This document shows, one piece after another, positions 9,286 through 18,400 of a stretch of 35,629 bases of DNA. Origin of the DNA: Bacilli bacterium (GTDB lineage: Bacteria; Bacillota_I; Bacilli_A; RF39; UBA660); assembly GCA_017476705.1 (NCBI GenBank), contig JAFUZI010000011.1, positions 1-35,629 on the forward strand, given 5' to 3'. The translations under genes were made by a program, and so were the position numbers. Each line of letters opens with the position of its first letter. Positions within the stretch are counted from its first letter, which is position 1. The notes beneath the pieces are model-generated. The model was not told where the DNA came from. It did no database searches and saw only the letters and a program-made list of their open reading frames with translations.

Positions 9286-10296
9286 ATGAAAAAAAATTCT
9301 GGCTTTATGCTTTTTGAAACACTAATAGTATCTACTTTAGTATTAGGAACACTTGTTTTTTTGTATGTTCAACTTACAAATATAAAGAAATCTTATAATG
9401 TAAGTTTTAAATATAATACAATAGAAGGTTTATATCATGCTAATAATATTGCTAAATATTTAGAAAAAGTTGGTTATCAAGAAATGATTACTAATTTAGC
9501 AGATAATACATATCTTGATATAACAAATTGTGCTTATGCAACAACACTATGTTCATCATTAGTCACACAAGAGAATATTAAAACAATGTTGTTTGTAAAC
9601 AAAGATATATCAACATTAAAAGAAAACATTTCAAATATAGCGGTAAGTAAAAAATTTAAGCGTTTTATTAAAACACTTCCAAATTACAAAAAAAAGTATC
9701 AATATAGATTAATAGTTGAATTTAATGATGATACATATGCATCAGTTGGAATAGGTAAAGATATATCTGAACTTAACGCTTATACATTATTTAATTTAGT
9801 TTCAAATAGTGGCTTTGAAAATGGATTAAATAGTTGGAATACAACAAATACTAATCAAGTAAGCATCAATCAGACATTTAAAAAAAGTGGTAATAATTCA
9901 TTAAAATTTATAACATCAGACAATCAAGAAAAAACCGTTAATAAAACAATTCAATTAGTAGCAAATCACATATATTATGCTGATTTATATATATATTTAA
10001 ATAAAGCTGAAAATGGAAATATAAATTTACATATGAATGATAATAATTATATAAATACATCATTCAGTACATTAAAAGCAAAAAAATGGAATAATGTTAG
10101 TTCTTTATTTACAGTTGAAACATCAGGTACTTATACATTTGATATTATAAATTCAACTGGTGCCAATACTATATATGTTGATAATATATTATTAATTGAT
10201 TTAACAAAAATATTTGGTGCTGGATCTGAGCCTGATTTTGACTGGTGTAGTTCTAATATTAAATATTTTAATACTACATCAACTATTTATAAATGA
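9286..10296 (+). CDS. Prepilin-like protein with a C-terminal CBM4_9-like (jelly-roll) module
   Basis: MKKNSG|FMLFET has Gly-1, Phe+1 and Glu+5 followed by a hydrophobic helix. AGGAG SD upstream. The C-terminal half starts NLVSNSGFENGLNSWNTT and ends TIYVDNILLIDL, the pattern I associate with PF02018-type carbohydrate-binding modules. Confidence 0.75.
   Translation: MKKNSGFMLFETLIVSTLVLGTLVFLYVQLTNIKKSYNVSFKYNTIEGLYHANNIAKYLEKVGYQEMITNLADNTYLDITNCAYATTLCSSLVTQENIKTMLFVNKDISTLKENISNIAVSKKFKRFIKTLPNYKKKYQYRLIVEFNDDTYASVGIGKDISELNAYTLFNLVSNSGFENGLNSWNTTNTNQVSINQTFKKSGNNSLKFITSDNQEKTVNKTIQLVANHIYYADLYIYLNKAENGNINLHMNDNNYINTSFSTLKAKKWNNVSSLFTVETSGTYTFDIINSTGANTIYVDNILLIDLTKIFGAGSEPDFDWCSSNIKYFNTTSTIYK
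9403..9435 (+). repeat. 33-nt block identical to 10421-10453 (paralogous pseudopilin genes)
   Basis: agttttaaatataatacaatagaaggtttatat occurs in both genes and encodes SFKYNTIEGLY. Confidence 0.9.
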
Positions 10297-10306
10297 GGTG
10301 AAATTA

Positions 10307-10819
10307 GTGAAAAATAAAGGTTTTATGCTAATTGAGACGTTAATTGCATCAACAATCATTTTGGGCGCATTAGTTTTTCTATTTATACAATTTGCTAATG
10401 TTAAAAGATCTTATGATAATAGTTTTAAATATAATACAATAGAAGGTTTATATAATGGTAAGGTAATTAGTAATTTTTTAGAAAATAGTGGAACAAGTGA
10501 TCTTGATAATTATTTAAATAATTCTACCAAAGGTTATGTTTTACTAAATGGTAATTGCACAATTGGTTCATGGAATATATCAGAAACAGAATTATGTGAA
10601 ATTATAATTAGTGAAATAGATGCTAATCATATTATATATGTTGGTAATAATATAAATAATTTACAAAATGATTTAAAAAATAATGATTATGATCAAAATA
10701 TATTTAACAATAGTTTTAAAAAGTTTATTATAAACTTAGATAGTATAGAAATTAATCAAAGAAAAAGAGTTATTATTGAATATAAAAATAATACATATGC
10801 TGCCTTGGCAGTTAATTAA
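10307..10819 (+). CDS. Prepilin-like protein (short paralog of 9286-10296), GTG start
   Basis: A GAGGTG SD at 10295-10300 is followed by GTG at 10307, giving VKNKG|FMLIET plus a hydrophobic helix. The ORF-track extension back to 10214 overlaps the previous gene. It shares SFKYNTIEGLY and a ...YKNNTYAALAV ending with its neighbour. Confidence 0.75.
   Translation: MKNKGFMLIETLIASTIILGALVFLFIQFANVKRSYDNSFKYNTIEGLYNGKVISNFLENSGTSDLDNYLNNSTKGYVLLNGNCTIGSWNISETELCEIIISEIDANHIIYVGNNINNLQNDLKNNDYDQNIFNNSFKKFIINLDSIEINQRKRVIIEYKNNTYAALAVN
10421..10453 (+). repeat. 33-nt block identical to 9403-9435
   Basis: The same 33-mer as in the upstream paralog. Confidence 0.9.
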
Positions 10820-10830
10820 TAGGAGGACAT

Positions 10831-12024
10831 ATGAAGAATAATAAAGGCTTTACGCTTATAGAAGTTGCAGTTTCGTTTATACTTGTATCAACAATTTCAA
10901 TTGTATTATTACAGTTAGTCTTATCTCTTAAAGAGGTTTATTTAAGTGGTGATGTCAAAACAACACTATTAAATAAACAAGGAATAATGACAAAATATAT
11001 ATACGATGATTTAAATAATAAAGATTTAAGAAGCCTATCAACATGTGGTTTATCATGTATAACATTTACATATAGTGATGGAACAGTTAAAAATTTACTT
11101 GTTGATCCAGGTAATAAGACAATAAAATATGGGGATTATATTCTTCAAATAGATAATTCTAGTTATTTTGGAAAGCTAAATGTTGATATAGATGAAACAT
11201 CAACAGCGCTTACTTCAAAAGATGATTCTTTAATTAAAATAACTATTCCTGTAATTTCAAAATTACTTAACAATGAAGACTTTGGGTTTCACATTATAAA
11301 AACATATAATAGAGCAGATACAACAATTAATTTAAATAGCACTTTAGAAAATACAATTGTTACAATTAGTGGTGTTGATACAAATCTTACAGCAATTGAT
11401 GATACTAATAACAAAGTTAGAGGATTATTTGTTAAATTATTCCGACAAACAAAAAACAATTTTTTTGGTAATGATTTCAATAATTTTATAAAAAATACAA
11501 ATGCAAATACATTTTCATCATTAGTATCACTTCCTGCATTTAAAATGACAATGGGCAAAGATGACATAATTCAAGATTTATCAATTAGTTCTTTATCAGA
11601 AAAAGAAAAAAGACAAATCATTCAATCATATCAAAATGGATATTATTCATTATTATTAAATTATAATGATACAAACCTTTCAAGCAGCAATTATTATTGG
11701 TGGTATCAAACTAATAATATAGCTAGTAAAGAAGCATTAAAGGGCTTTTATGTTGGCTTTGAAAATGGTTTAGCGCCTAATGGACTTACATTTAACAAAA
11801 CCGGTAATTACTGGTCAAATATAGTAGGTCAAACAACTAATATAGGTGTTAAAGAAGGAAATATATTTGATCAAAACGGAAGCATTGCTAATTCTGTTGA
11901 TTTATATGTTGAGGCAAGAGAATATATATGTAAATATAGTTTAAGTAATGTAACATATAATGGTACAAATATAAAAGACTTAGTTTTATCTGATGGAGAT
12001 AAAATATGTCCATCAGCTGCATAG
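10831..12024 (+). CDS. Prepilin-like protein, 397 aa, with a large unassigned C-terminal region
   Basis: MKNNKG|FTLIEV has Gly-1, Phe+1 and Glu+5 followed by a hydrophobic helix. AGGAGG SD upstream. Confidence 0.75.
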   Translation: MKNNKGFTLIEVAVSFILVSTISIVLLQLVLSLKEVYLSGDVKTTLLNKQGIMTKYIYDDLNNKDLRSLSTCGLSCITFTYSDGTVKNLLVDPGNKTIKYGDYILQIDNSSYFGKLNVDIDETSTALTSKDDSLIKITIPVISKLLNNEDFGFHIIKTYNRADTTINLNSTLENTIVTISGVDTNLTAIDDTNNKVRGLFVKLFRQTKNNFFGNDFNNFIKNTNANTFSSLVSLPAFKMTMGKDDIIQDLSISSLSEKEKRQIIQSYQNGYYSLLLNYNDTNLSSSNYYWWYQTNNIASKEALKGFYVGFENGLAPNGLTFNKTGNYWSNIVGQTTNIGVKEGNIFDQNGSIANSVDLYVEAREYICKYSLSNVTYNGTNIKDLVLSDGDKICPSAA

Positions 12025-12050
12025 AAAAGCATAAAAGCTTTTCTTTTTTT
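12024..12050. terminator. Bidirectional terminator between the pseudopilin operon and ylbJ
   Basis: Stem gaaaagc / gcttttc with loop ataaaa, then T7. Confidence 0.65.
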
Positions 12051-12960
12051 ATATAATAAGATATATTATAAAACCAGTTATAAATGAATGAATAATTCTT
12101 GCAAGGAAAAAAGGCTTATATAAAATGTTAGTATTAGCTATAATACTTAATATTTGAGCATGTACACTAAGTCCGCCAAAAGAAATAAACATTCCTATTA
12201 AAACTGTTTTAAATTTATAATCAATATTTAATAAACTTGTATATTTAATACCTTGCGTAAATTCCATAATACCTGACATCAAACAATTATTTAATTGATT
12301 TAAATTCAATATACTTGATAAAATGCATGATATGATTAAAAAAAATGTCATTGTGCCATATATTAAAAGCAATGTATCAATAGTTCCTTTAACACTATTT
12401 GATAAGGCCTCACCAAATAATAATTTAGACTTTTTATCAAGATTACAATTTGCTTTTTCTATATAACAATTCCTAAATAATAATCCAATTAGTACATTTC
12501 CTAAAAAATGCGCAAATAAAATTGTATATGCTGCTTTTTTACTTATAAGTAGCGAAACATTTCCAATAATAAATAAAGGATTTGAAAAATGAGTGAATGT
12601 AAGTATTTTAGTGGCACTAGTTGAGCTAATTAAGTTTTTAGTTAATAAATCTTTAGTATATTTAGCATTGCTAGGAAATCCAGTTAAAAAGCTCATAAAA
12701 AAAACAAATGAAGCAGCACCATCAATATTAAATACTTTTTTCATAATAGGATTAAACAATTTAGAAATTATATCGACAAATCCATAATTTACAAGAATAT
12801 TTGATATAACTAAAAAAGGAAATAAATTTGGAACTATATTATCTATAAATATTTTATAAGAAAAAAAGATAATTTCATGTATTTTAGATATATTAATAAA
12901 TATTTGTAATAGAATAAATAAAAGAAAAGATATTATAAGAATATTTTTAAAATTTTTCAT
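12049..12960 (-). CDS. ylbJ: YlbJ-like sporulation integral membrane protein (nucleoside-recognition-domain type)
   Basis: Polytopic 303-aa protein. NLFPFLVISNILVNYG...GAASFVFFMSFLTGFPSNAKYT...FTHFSNPLFIIG resembles the YlbJ I remember, and it sits divergent to ylbL as in Bacillus. It is shorter than B. subtilis YlbJ. Confidence 0.6.
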   Translation of the reverse strand: MKNFKNILIISFLLFILLQIFINISKIHEIIFFSYKIFIDNIVPNLFPFLVISNILVNYGFVDIISKLFNPIMKKVFNIDGAASFVFFMSFLTGFPSNAKYTKDLLTKNLISSTSATKILTFTHFSNPLFIIGNVSLLISKKAAYTILFAHFLGNVLIGLLFRNCYIEKANCNLDKKSKLLFGEALSNSVKGTIDTLLLIYGTMTFFLIISCILSSILNLNQLNNCLMSGIMEFTQGIKYTSLLNIDYKFKTVLIGMFISFGGLSVHAQILSIIANTNILYKPFFLARIIHSFITGFIIYLII

Positions 12961-13019
12961 ATGTTTCTCCTAAAATATACTTTTTATATTATAATTATAT
13001 TAGAAGGTGATATCTAAAT

Positions 13020-13994
13020 ATGTTAATAAATTTTTTAAAAATGACAAAAAGGAAAATAATATTTATAGTATTTATTATCTTATTAGTTCTTATTAATATA
13101 GAACTTCCTTATACAATAAATACCCCTGGAGGTGTTATTGATATAAATGATAGGGTAAATGTTAAAAATGCTGGTAATATTGGGAGTTTAAATATGACAT
13201 ATGTCAGAAGTATTAAAGCAACTCCATTAACGCTTAGTATTGCCGTTATTAATCCATATTGGGATATTATTAAAAAAGAAGAATATAAAACAAATAATGA
13301 TGCAGAAATAAGCGATTTAATAAATCTAAATGCATCTGAATCTAATGCATTAATTACAGCATTTAAATATTCAAATAAAAAGTTAGAAGTTAAAAAACAA
13401 AAAACATTTGTAGTATACATATTAGAAAATGCCCAAACAGATTTAAAAATTGGTGATGAAATAGAGGCTATAGATAATAAAAAAATATATAAAAAAGAAG
13501 AAATAAAAAATTATATACAAAGTAAACAAAATGGTGACATAGTATACTTAGATGTAATAAATAATGGGATTAAATATAAAAGATATGCTAAAATTTTCAA
13601 AATGAATAATGAACTATTAATTGGTTTAATATTTTCAAATGTATATGATTTAAAAACTAACCCAGAAGTATTAATTAAATTTAAAGATAATGAAAAAGGC
13701 CCATCTGGAGGGCTTATGCTTGCACTTGCAATTTATAGTAAAATAATGAACACTAATTTAACTAATAATTTAAAAATAGCTGGTACAGGAACTATTGATG
13801 AAGATGGAAACGTAGGTGAAATAGGTGGCATTAAATATAAATTAAAAGGAGCTGTAGATAATAAAATGGATATATTCTTATGCCCAGTTAATAATTATGA
13901 AGAAGCTATAAAAGAAAAAGAAAAACATAATTATAAAATAAAAATATATAAAGTATCTACTTTTAAAGAGGCAATTAACTATATAAAAAACTAG
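13020..13994 (+). CDS. ylbL: YlbL/SepM-family PDZ plus Lon-like serine protease
   Basis: N-terminal TM segment, a PDZ-like LKIGDEIEAIDNKKI, and a Lon-type catalytic region GPSGGLMLALAIYS ... IGGIKYKLKGA. Confidence 0.7.
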   Translation: MLINFLKMTKRKIIFIVFIILLVLINIELPYTINTPGGVIDINDRVNVKNAGNIGSLNMTYVRSIKATPLTLSIAVINPYWDIIKKEEYKTNNDAEISDLINLNASESNALITAFKYSNKKLEVKKQKTFVVYILENAQTDLKIGDEIEAIDNKKIYKKEEIKNYIQSKQNGDIVYLDVINNGIKYKRYAKIFKMNNELLIGLIFSNVYDLKTNPEVLIKFKDNEKGPSGGLMLALAIYSKIMNTNLTNNLKIAGTGTIDEDGNVGEIGGIKYKLKGAVDNKMDIFLCPVNNYEEAIKEKEKHNYKIKIYKVSTFKEAINYIKN

Positions 13995-14017
13995 AATTTT
14001 AATTCTAGTTTTATTTT
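13991..14017. terminator. Terminator between ylbL and the transglutaminase-like gene
   Basis: Palindrome ctagaatt..aattctag followed by ttttatttt. Confidence 0.55.
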
Positions 14018-14946
14018 GTAAGTTCACTAAATACATTTAAATCATAACTATGTTGGTTATCAGCTTTATTTGAAAGTTCCTCACTAGTTAATAAATAATA
14101 ATTATATGTTAATGTATTAGGCCCATTAATTACAACAGGATCATCCCAAGTTAAATCTAAATGTAGCCATTTTCCATTTAAATAAACCGCATTCCAGATA
14201 TGATTTTTACTAGATACTTTAATATTAGGCAATCCCATTTTATCTAAGAATAAAGCCATTGTATCTGTATAACCACCACATATTGCTTTTCCTGTAAAAA
14301 GAGGGCCAAATGCTGTATTAGAAGAATGAATTTCATTGCTTTCAATATTGTTTTTTATCTCATTAGCACGTTCTTCATCATAGACAGTATGATTTATAAT
14401 ATAATCATGCACGGCTTTAATTTTATCTAAATCACTCATCTTATCATTAATTATCTCGTTATATACTAAATCAATTTTCTCATTTATCTTTTTTATTTCA
14501 TCATCATTATATATTTTATTTATACTAACGTTTATTCTTCCAAAATTATTTACATTTATGTAAATCTTATTATAACTATTATATGTTGATACAAAATTAT
14601 TTATATATGATAAAACTGTTTCACTAGCTGCAATATCATTTACATCTTCAATACAACTTTCATATTCAACAGCACAATAGAAAGTCAATTCATCGTATCC
14701 TTTATTTAAAGCTGTATAAAAAAGGTTTAATATGTCTTGTTTATTTTTTGGATGATAATTATCAGTTAATTGAACATAACCATAATCATTTTGTTTAAAA
14801 TAAACATTTTCTATTTTATCTAAAACTTCACCCCTATATACAATATTTATCATTACATATTGCATTATTTGATTAGAATAGTTAAATAAGCAATATATTA
14901 TTGTTATTAAAAATATACTTATTATAAAATCTTTAATTATCTTCAT
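14011..14946 (-). CDS. Membrane-anchored transglutaminase-like (Cys-His-Asp) domain protein
   Basis: N-terminal TM segment. Candidate catalytic triad context: KAICGGYT, HIWNAV, HLDLTWDD. Confidence 0.6.
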   Translation of the reverse strand: MKIIKDFIISIFLITIIYCLFNYSNQIMQYVMINIVYRGEVLDKIENVYFKQNDYGYVQLTDNYHPKNKQDILNLFYTALNKGYDELTFYCAVEYESCIEDVNDIAASETVLSYINNFVSTYNSYNKIYINVNNFGRINVSINKIYNDDEIKKINEKIDLVYNEIINDKMSDLDKIKAVHDYIINHTVYDEERANEIKNNIESNEIHSSNTAFGPLFTGKAICGGYTDTMALFLDKMGLPNIKVSSKNHIWNAVYLNGKWLHLDLTWDDPVVINGPNTLTYNYYLLTSEELSNKADNQHSYDLNVFSELTK

Positions 14947-14979
14947 AGAATCACCTAGAATAATTATAGCATTAATGCT

Positions 14980-15005
14980 AAAAAAAAAGAAGTAAAAATT
15001 ACTTC
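14980..15005 (-). terminator. Terminator after rpsT
   Basis: On the minus strand, stem gaagtaa / ttacttc followed by a T9 run. It overlaps the rpsT stop codon. Confidence 0.6.
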
Positions 15006-15265
15006 ATTGCATTAACTTTAAGAGTTAATCTTGATTTGTTACGAGCTACATAATTATCTTTAACAACACCAGCTGCTGCAGCCTTATCTAATCTTTTAAT
15101 AGTAACTTTAAGATTTTCTAAAGCTTTATCTTTGTCTTTTGCTAGAATAGCTCTTTCTGTATTTTTAATAGCAGTTTTAACACTTGCTTTATATGTGTTA
15201 TTATTATTTATTCTTCTTTTTTCAGATGTTTTTACGGCTTTTTTAGCATTTTTCATATTTGGCAT
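14999..15265 (-). CDS. rpsT: 30S ribosomal protein S20
   Basis: MPNMKNAKKAVKTSEKRR... is a typical S20 N-terminus. The GGAGGTGAGA SD precedes the ATG at 15265, so the first 5 codons of the ORF track are the SD itself. Confidence 0.9.
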   Translation of the reverse strand: MPNMKNAKKAVKTSEKRRINNNNTYKASVKTAIKNTERAILAKDKDKALENLKVTIKRLDKAAAAGVVKDNYVARNKSRLTLKVNAMK

Positions 15266-15376
15266 AATTCTCACCTCCAAGTCATAAGTCTTCTATATTT
15301 TAGCAAATAAATATAAAAAAATCAAGATAAAATAATAAATTTATCATATGTGTTTAAAATAATAATGGGTGAAATT

Positions 15377-16393
15377 ATGAAACATAGCGTAGATTTAAAA
15401 AAATATAATTTAAGAACCGATTTAATAATTGATAAAGATGATAATTTTAAAAATGATTTTAGTGAAGAAGTTGAAGGAATTAAAGTTTTAAATGTTGAAT
15501 TAAATGATAGTGATGCATTAAAATTAAATAAAAAAATAGGTCGATATATTACAATAGAATTTAGCGATGTAACTGATAAGGATAATAGAGCTAACTTAGA
15601 ATTAACGCTTACAAAACATTTAAAAGAAATAATTAGTAGCACAACTAAAAAAAATGAAAATTGTTTAATTATTGGACTAGGTAATAAGGAGTCAACACCT
15701 GACTCTTTAGGACCTAAAGTAATTGAAAATATTACAATTACAAGGCACTTATATTTATTAAATATGCTAGATCCTGAATATAGAATTATATCAGCATTTA
15801 TTCCAGGTGTTAGTGGAACAACAGGAATAGAGACAAAAGACTTAATTAAAAATGCAATAGATAGCGTTAAACCTGACTTTATTATAGTAATTGATGCATT
15901 AGCATCATCTTCAATTGATAGAGTTAATAAGACAATTCAAATTACAAACACAGGAATATCACCTGGAAGTGGAGTAGGAAATAGTAGAAAAGAATTAAGC
16001 TTTGATACACTTGGTATTCCAGTTATAGCACTAGGTATTCCAACCGTTGTTGATCTTCCAACCATTGTCTCAGATACAATTAAATACATGCACAAAAATT
16101 ACGCCTTTAACAAAGAATTTATAAATAATCCAATAAATAAATTAGTAAGTCCAACAAAAATCAATTATTTAAAAAATAAAATTGATATAAAAGATGAAGA
16201 TAAATCACAACTACTAGGTCTTGTTGGAACACTTTCAGAATATGAGATTAAAGAACTTATCAAAGAAGTATTAACACCTATTGGATATAATATGATGATA
16301 ACTCCAAAAGAAATAGACTTTGATATTAAATGCTTAAGTAGTGTTATATCAAATAGTATTAATGAAGCATTAAAAAAAACTAACAATTGTTAG
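15377..16393 (+). CDS. gpr: Spore germination protease GPR
   Basis: LRTDLIIDK, GLGNKESTPDSLGP and FIIVIDALA are GPR (A25 peptidase) hallmarks. The gene is divergent from rpsT as in Bacillus. The start is uncertain: 15377, or 15365, or the GTG at 15350. Confidence 0.85.
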   Translation: MKHSVDLKKYNLRTDLIIDKDDNFKNDFSEEVEGIKVLNVELNDSDALKLNKKIGRYITIEFSDVTDKDNRANLELTLTKHLKEIISSTTKKNENCLIIGLGNKESTPDSLGPKVIENITITRHLYLLNMLDPEYRIISAFIPGVSGTTGIETKDLIKNAIDSVKPDFIIVIDALASSSIDRVNKTIQITNTGISPGSGVGNSRKELSFDTLGIPVIALGIPTVVDLPTIVSDTIKYMHKNYAFNKEFINNPINKLVSPTKINYLKNKIDIKDEDKSQLLGLVGTLSEYEIKELIKEVLTPIGYNMMITPKEIDFDIKCLSSVISNSINEALKKTNNC

Positions 16394-16394
16394 T

Positions 16395-16493
16395 TTACAT
16401 ATACATTAAGCAACTTGCAGCAAACATTCCAAACATTGCAATAAGTGCAATTATTGCAAATAACTTTTGAACATTAATTTTTTTCTTCTTCAT
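16395..16493 (-). CDS. Untracked 32-aa hydrophobic peptide ORF (MKKKKINVQKLFAIIALIAMFGMFAASCLMYM)
   Basis: My own translation of the minus strand. The ATG at 16493 is preceded by GGTGAT plus 3 nt, the same SD and spacing used by many genes in this window. It has a basic N-terminus and one hydrophobic span. It lies in the gpr-spoIIM gap. Confidence 0.4.
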   Translation of the reverse strand: MKKKKINVQKLFAIIALIAMFGMFAASCLMYM

Positions 16494-16578
16494 ACCATCA
16501 CCACTATAATTATAATATAAATATTCAAAAAAAGGAATATATAATTATTTTTTTAATATAATTAGTTAGGTGATTAAC

Positions 16579-17193
16579 GTGCTAACTAAACTAAAATATG
16601 GAGCAATAAACAATAAAAAAATTATAATATTCTTATTTGGTTTATCATTGATTGGAATAATAAGTGGATCACTTTTTATAACAACAATCTCATCAAACGA
16701 TAAAGTAGAAGTTGTCGAACATATAAAAGGATTTATAAATAATATTAACGACTTTAATATAAAATCATCGATAATGTCATTACTAATTAGTAATATAGGT
16801 TTTATTATTTTAATTTGGCTTTTAGGTATTTCTATAATAGGAATTCCAATTATTCTATTTATGTTTTTTACAAAAATTTTTATTATAGGATTCACAATAT
16901 CATCTTTTATTCTTTCATATAAAACAAAAGGAGTACTACTTGCTATAATATATGTCTTACCACTACAAATTATAAATATACTTATCTATACCTTAATAAC
17001 ATTATATGCTATTAAAATATCAAATAATTTAATATATTGTATTTTTAATAAAAATACTAATTATAAACTAATTCCAAATAAATATGTTAAAATATTACTA
17101 ATATCAGTAGTAACAATATTTATAAATATAATATATGAATCAATTTTATTTCCATTTTTATTAAATAAGATTACTGTTTTATTAAAGATATAA
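16579..17193 (+). CDS. spoIIM: Stage II sporulation protein M
   Basis: Polytopic ~205-aa protein whose N-terminus and TM layout resemble SpoIIM. AGGTGA at 16568-16573 favours the GTG at 16579 over 16570. Confidence 0.7.
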   Translation: MLTKLKYGAINNKKIIIFLFGLSLIGIISGSLFITTISSNDKVEVVEHIKGFINNINDFNIKSSIMSLLISNIGFIILIWLLGISIIGIPIILFMFFTKIFIIGFTISSFILSYKTKGVLLAIIYVLPLQIINILIYTLITLYAIKISNNLIYCIFNKNTNYKLIPNKYVKILLISVVTIFINIIYESILFPFLLNKITVLLKI

Positions 17194-17210
17194 ACAATAT
17201 ATCTTTTTTT
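17186..17210 (+). terminator. Terminator after spoIIM
   Basis: Stem agatat / atatct with loop aaacaat, then T7. Confidence 0.55.
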
Positions 17211-17236
17211 ATGGTATAATATTATCGGTGATTTTT

Positions 17237-18340
17237 ATGAAAAAAGTTGTTGTTGGAATAAGTGGAGGAGTAGATAGTAGTGTTGCTGCTATTAGGCTTA
17301 AAAATGAAGGATATGAAGTAATAGGACTATTTATGAGAAACTGGGATGCCGCATTAAATAATGATATTCTAGGCAATCCTACATTAGATGAAAATATATG
17401 TCCTCAAGAACAAGATTATAACGATGCTGTTAAGGTATGTGAAAAATTAAATATACCACTTTATAGAGTTGATTTTGTAAAAGAATACTGGGATTATGTA
17501 TTTACATACTTTTTAGATGAGCTAAAAAAAGGTAGAACTCCAAATCCAGATGTTATGTGTAATAAATATATAAAATTTGATATGTTTGCTAAAAAAGCAA
17601 GAGAACTTGGAGCTGACTTTATAGCAACAGGTCACTATGCAAGAATTAAAGACGGAAAACTTTTAAGAGGAGTAGACAATAATAAAGATCAAACATACTT
17701 TTTAGCGCAATTATCACATGAGCAATTAGAAAATGTCTTATTTCCAGTTGGTGATTTAGAAAAACCGATGGTTAGAAAAATTGCAGAAGAATATGATTTA
17801 ATAACTGCTAAGAAAAAAGACTCAACAGGAATATGTTTTATAGGTGAAAGAAACTTTAAAAACTTTTTACAAAACTATCTACCAAATATACCAGGTAAAA
17901 TTGTTGAAATTGAAACGAATGAAGTTATAGGTGATCATATCGGTTTAATGTACTATACAATAGGACAAAGAAGAGGCCTTAATTTAGGTGGAAACAAAAA
18001 TAGAAGTTATGTAGTTGGAAAAGATTTAAACAAAAATATTTTATATGTATCTAGTAAAGAAGACGAAGAATATTTATTTAGTGATTCATGTGTTGTTGAT
18101 CAAGTAAATTGGATAGGGGAGAAAAAACTAGATAAATGTACTGCAAAATTTAGATACAGACAACAAGACAATGATGTAGAATTAGAATACTTAGATAATG
18201 GAGATATTCTTGTTAAATATAATCACGTCAAAAGTGTAACACCTGGACAACTTTGCGTATTTTATGATAAAGAAGAATGTTTAGGTAGCGGAATAATTAA
18301 AGAAGTAAGAAAAAATGGTAAAAAACTATGGTATTTATAG
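17237..18340 (+). CDS. mnmA: tRNA 2-thiouridine(34) synthase MnmA
   Basis: PP-loop VVVGISGGVDSSVAA, plus DQTYFL and GICFIGE. GGTGAT SD plus the ATG at 17237; the ORF-track start at 17228 is the SD region. Confidence 0.95.
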   Translation: MKKVVVGISGGVDSSVAAIRLKNEGYEVIGLFMRNWDAALNNDILGNPTLDENICPQEQDYNDAVKVCEKLNIPLYRVDFVKEYWDYVFTYFLDELKKGRTPNPDVMCNKYIKFDMFAKKARELGADFIATGHYARIKDGKLLRGVDNNKDQTYFLAQLSHEQLENVLFPVGDLEKPMVRKIAEEYDLITAKKKDSTGICFIGERNFKNFLQNYLPNIPGKIVEIETNEVIGDHIGLMYYTIGQRRGLNLGGNKNRSYVVGKDLNKNILYVSSKEDEEYLFSDSCVVDQVNWIGEKKLDKCTAKFRYRQQDNDVELEYLDNGDILVKYNHVKSVTPGQLCVFYDKEECLGSGIIKEVRKNGKKLWYL

Positions 18341-18351
18341 TTTACACTACT

Positions 18352-18379
18352 TGACATTTTTCGATAAATTCCTTAAAAT
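18352..18379 (+). promoter_or_regulatory. Sigma-A-type promoter candidate for the HTH gene
   Basis: TTGACA (18352-18357), 16 nt, TAAAAT (18374-18379). The resulting leader would be very short. Confidence 0.35.
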
Positions 18380-18400
18380 TAATAATAGGGAGGCTAATAT

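Noticed and set aside
10214-10306. The 5' extension of the 10214-10819 ORF overlapping the preceding gene (possible overlap or frameshift fusion).
   Set aside because: A GAGGTG SD followed by GTG at 10307 yields a canonical prepilin leader (VKNKGFMLIE). The upstream part has no signal-peptide logic and overlaps the end of the 9286-10296 gene in another frame.
14968-14979. The 12-bp perfect palindrome AGCATTAATGCT between rpsT and the transglutaminase-like gene, as an operator.
   Set aside because: It is a single short AT-rich palindrome with no second copy in the window and no adjacent regulator. I noted it but cannot support a function.
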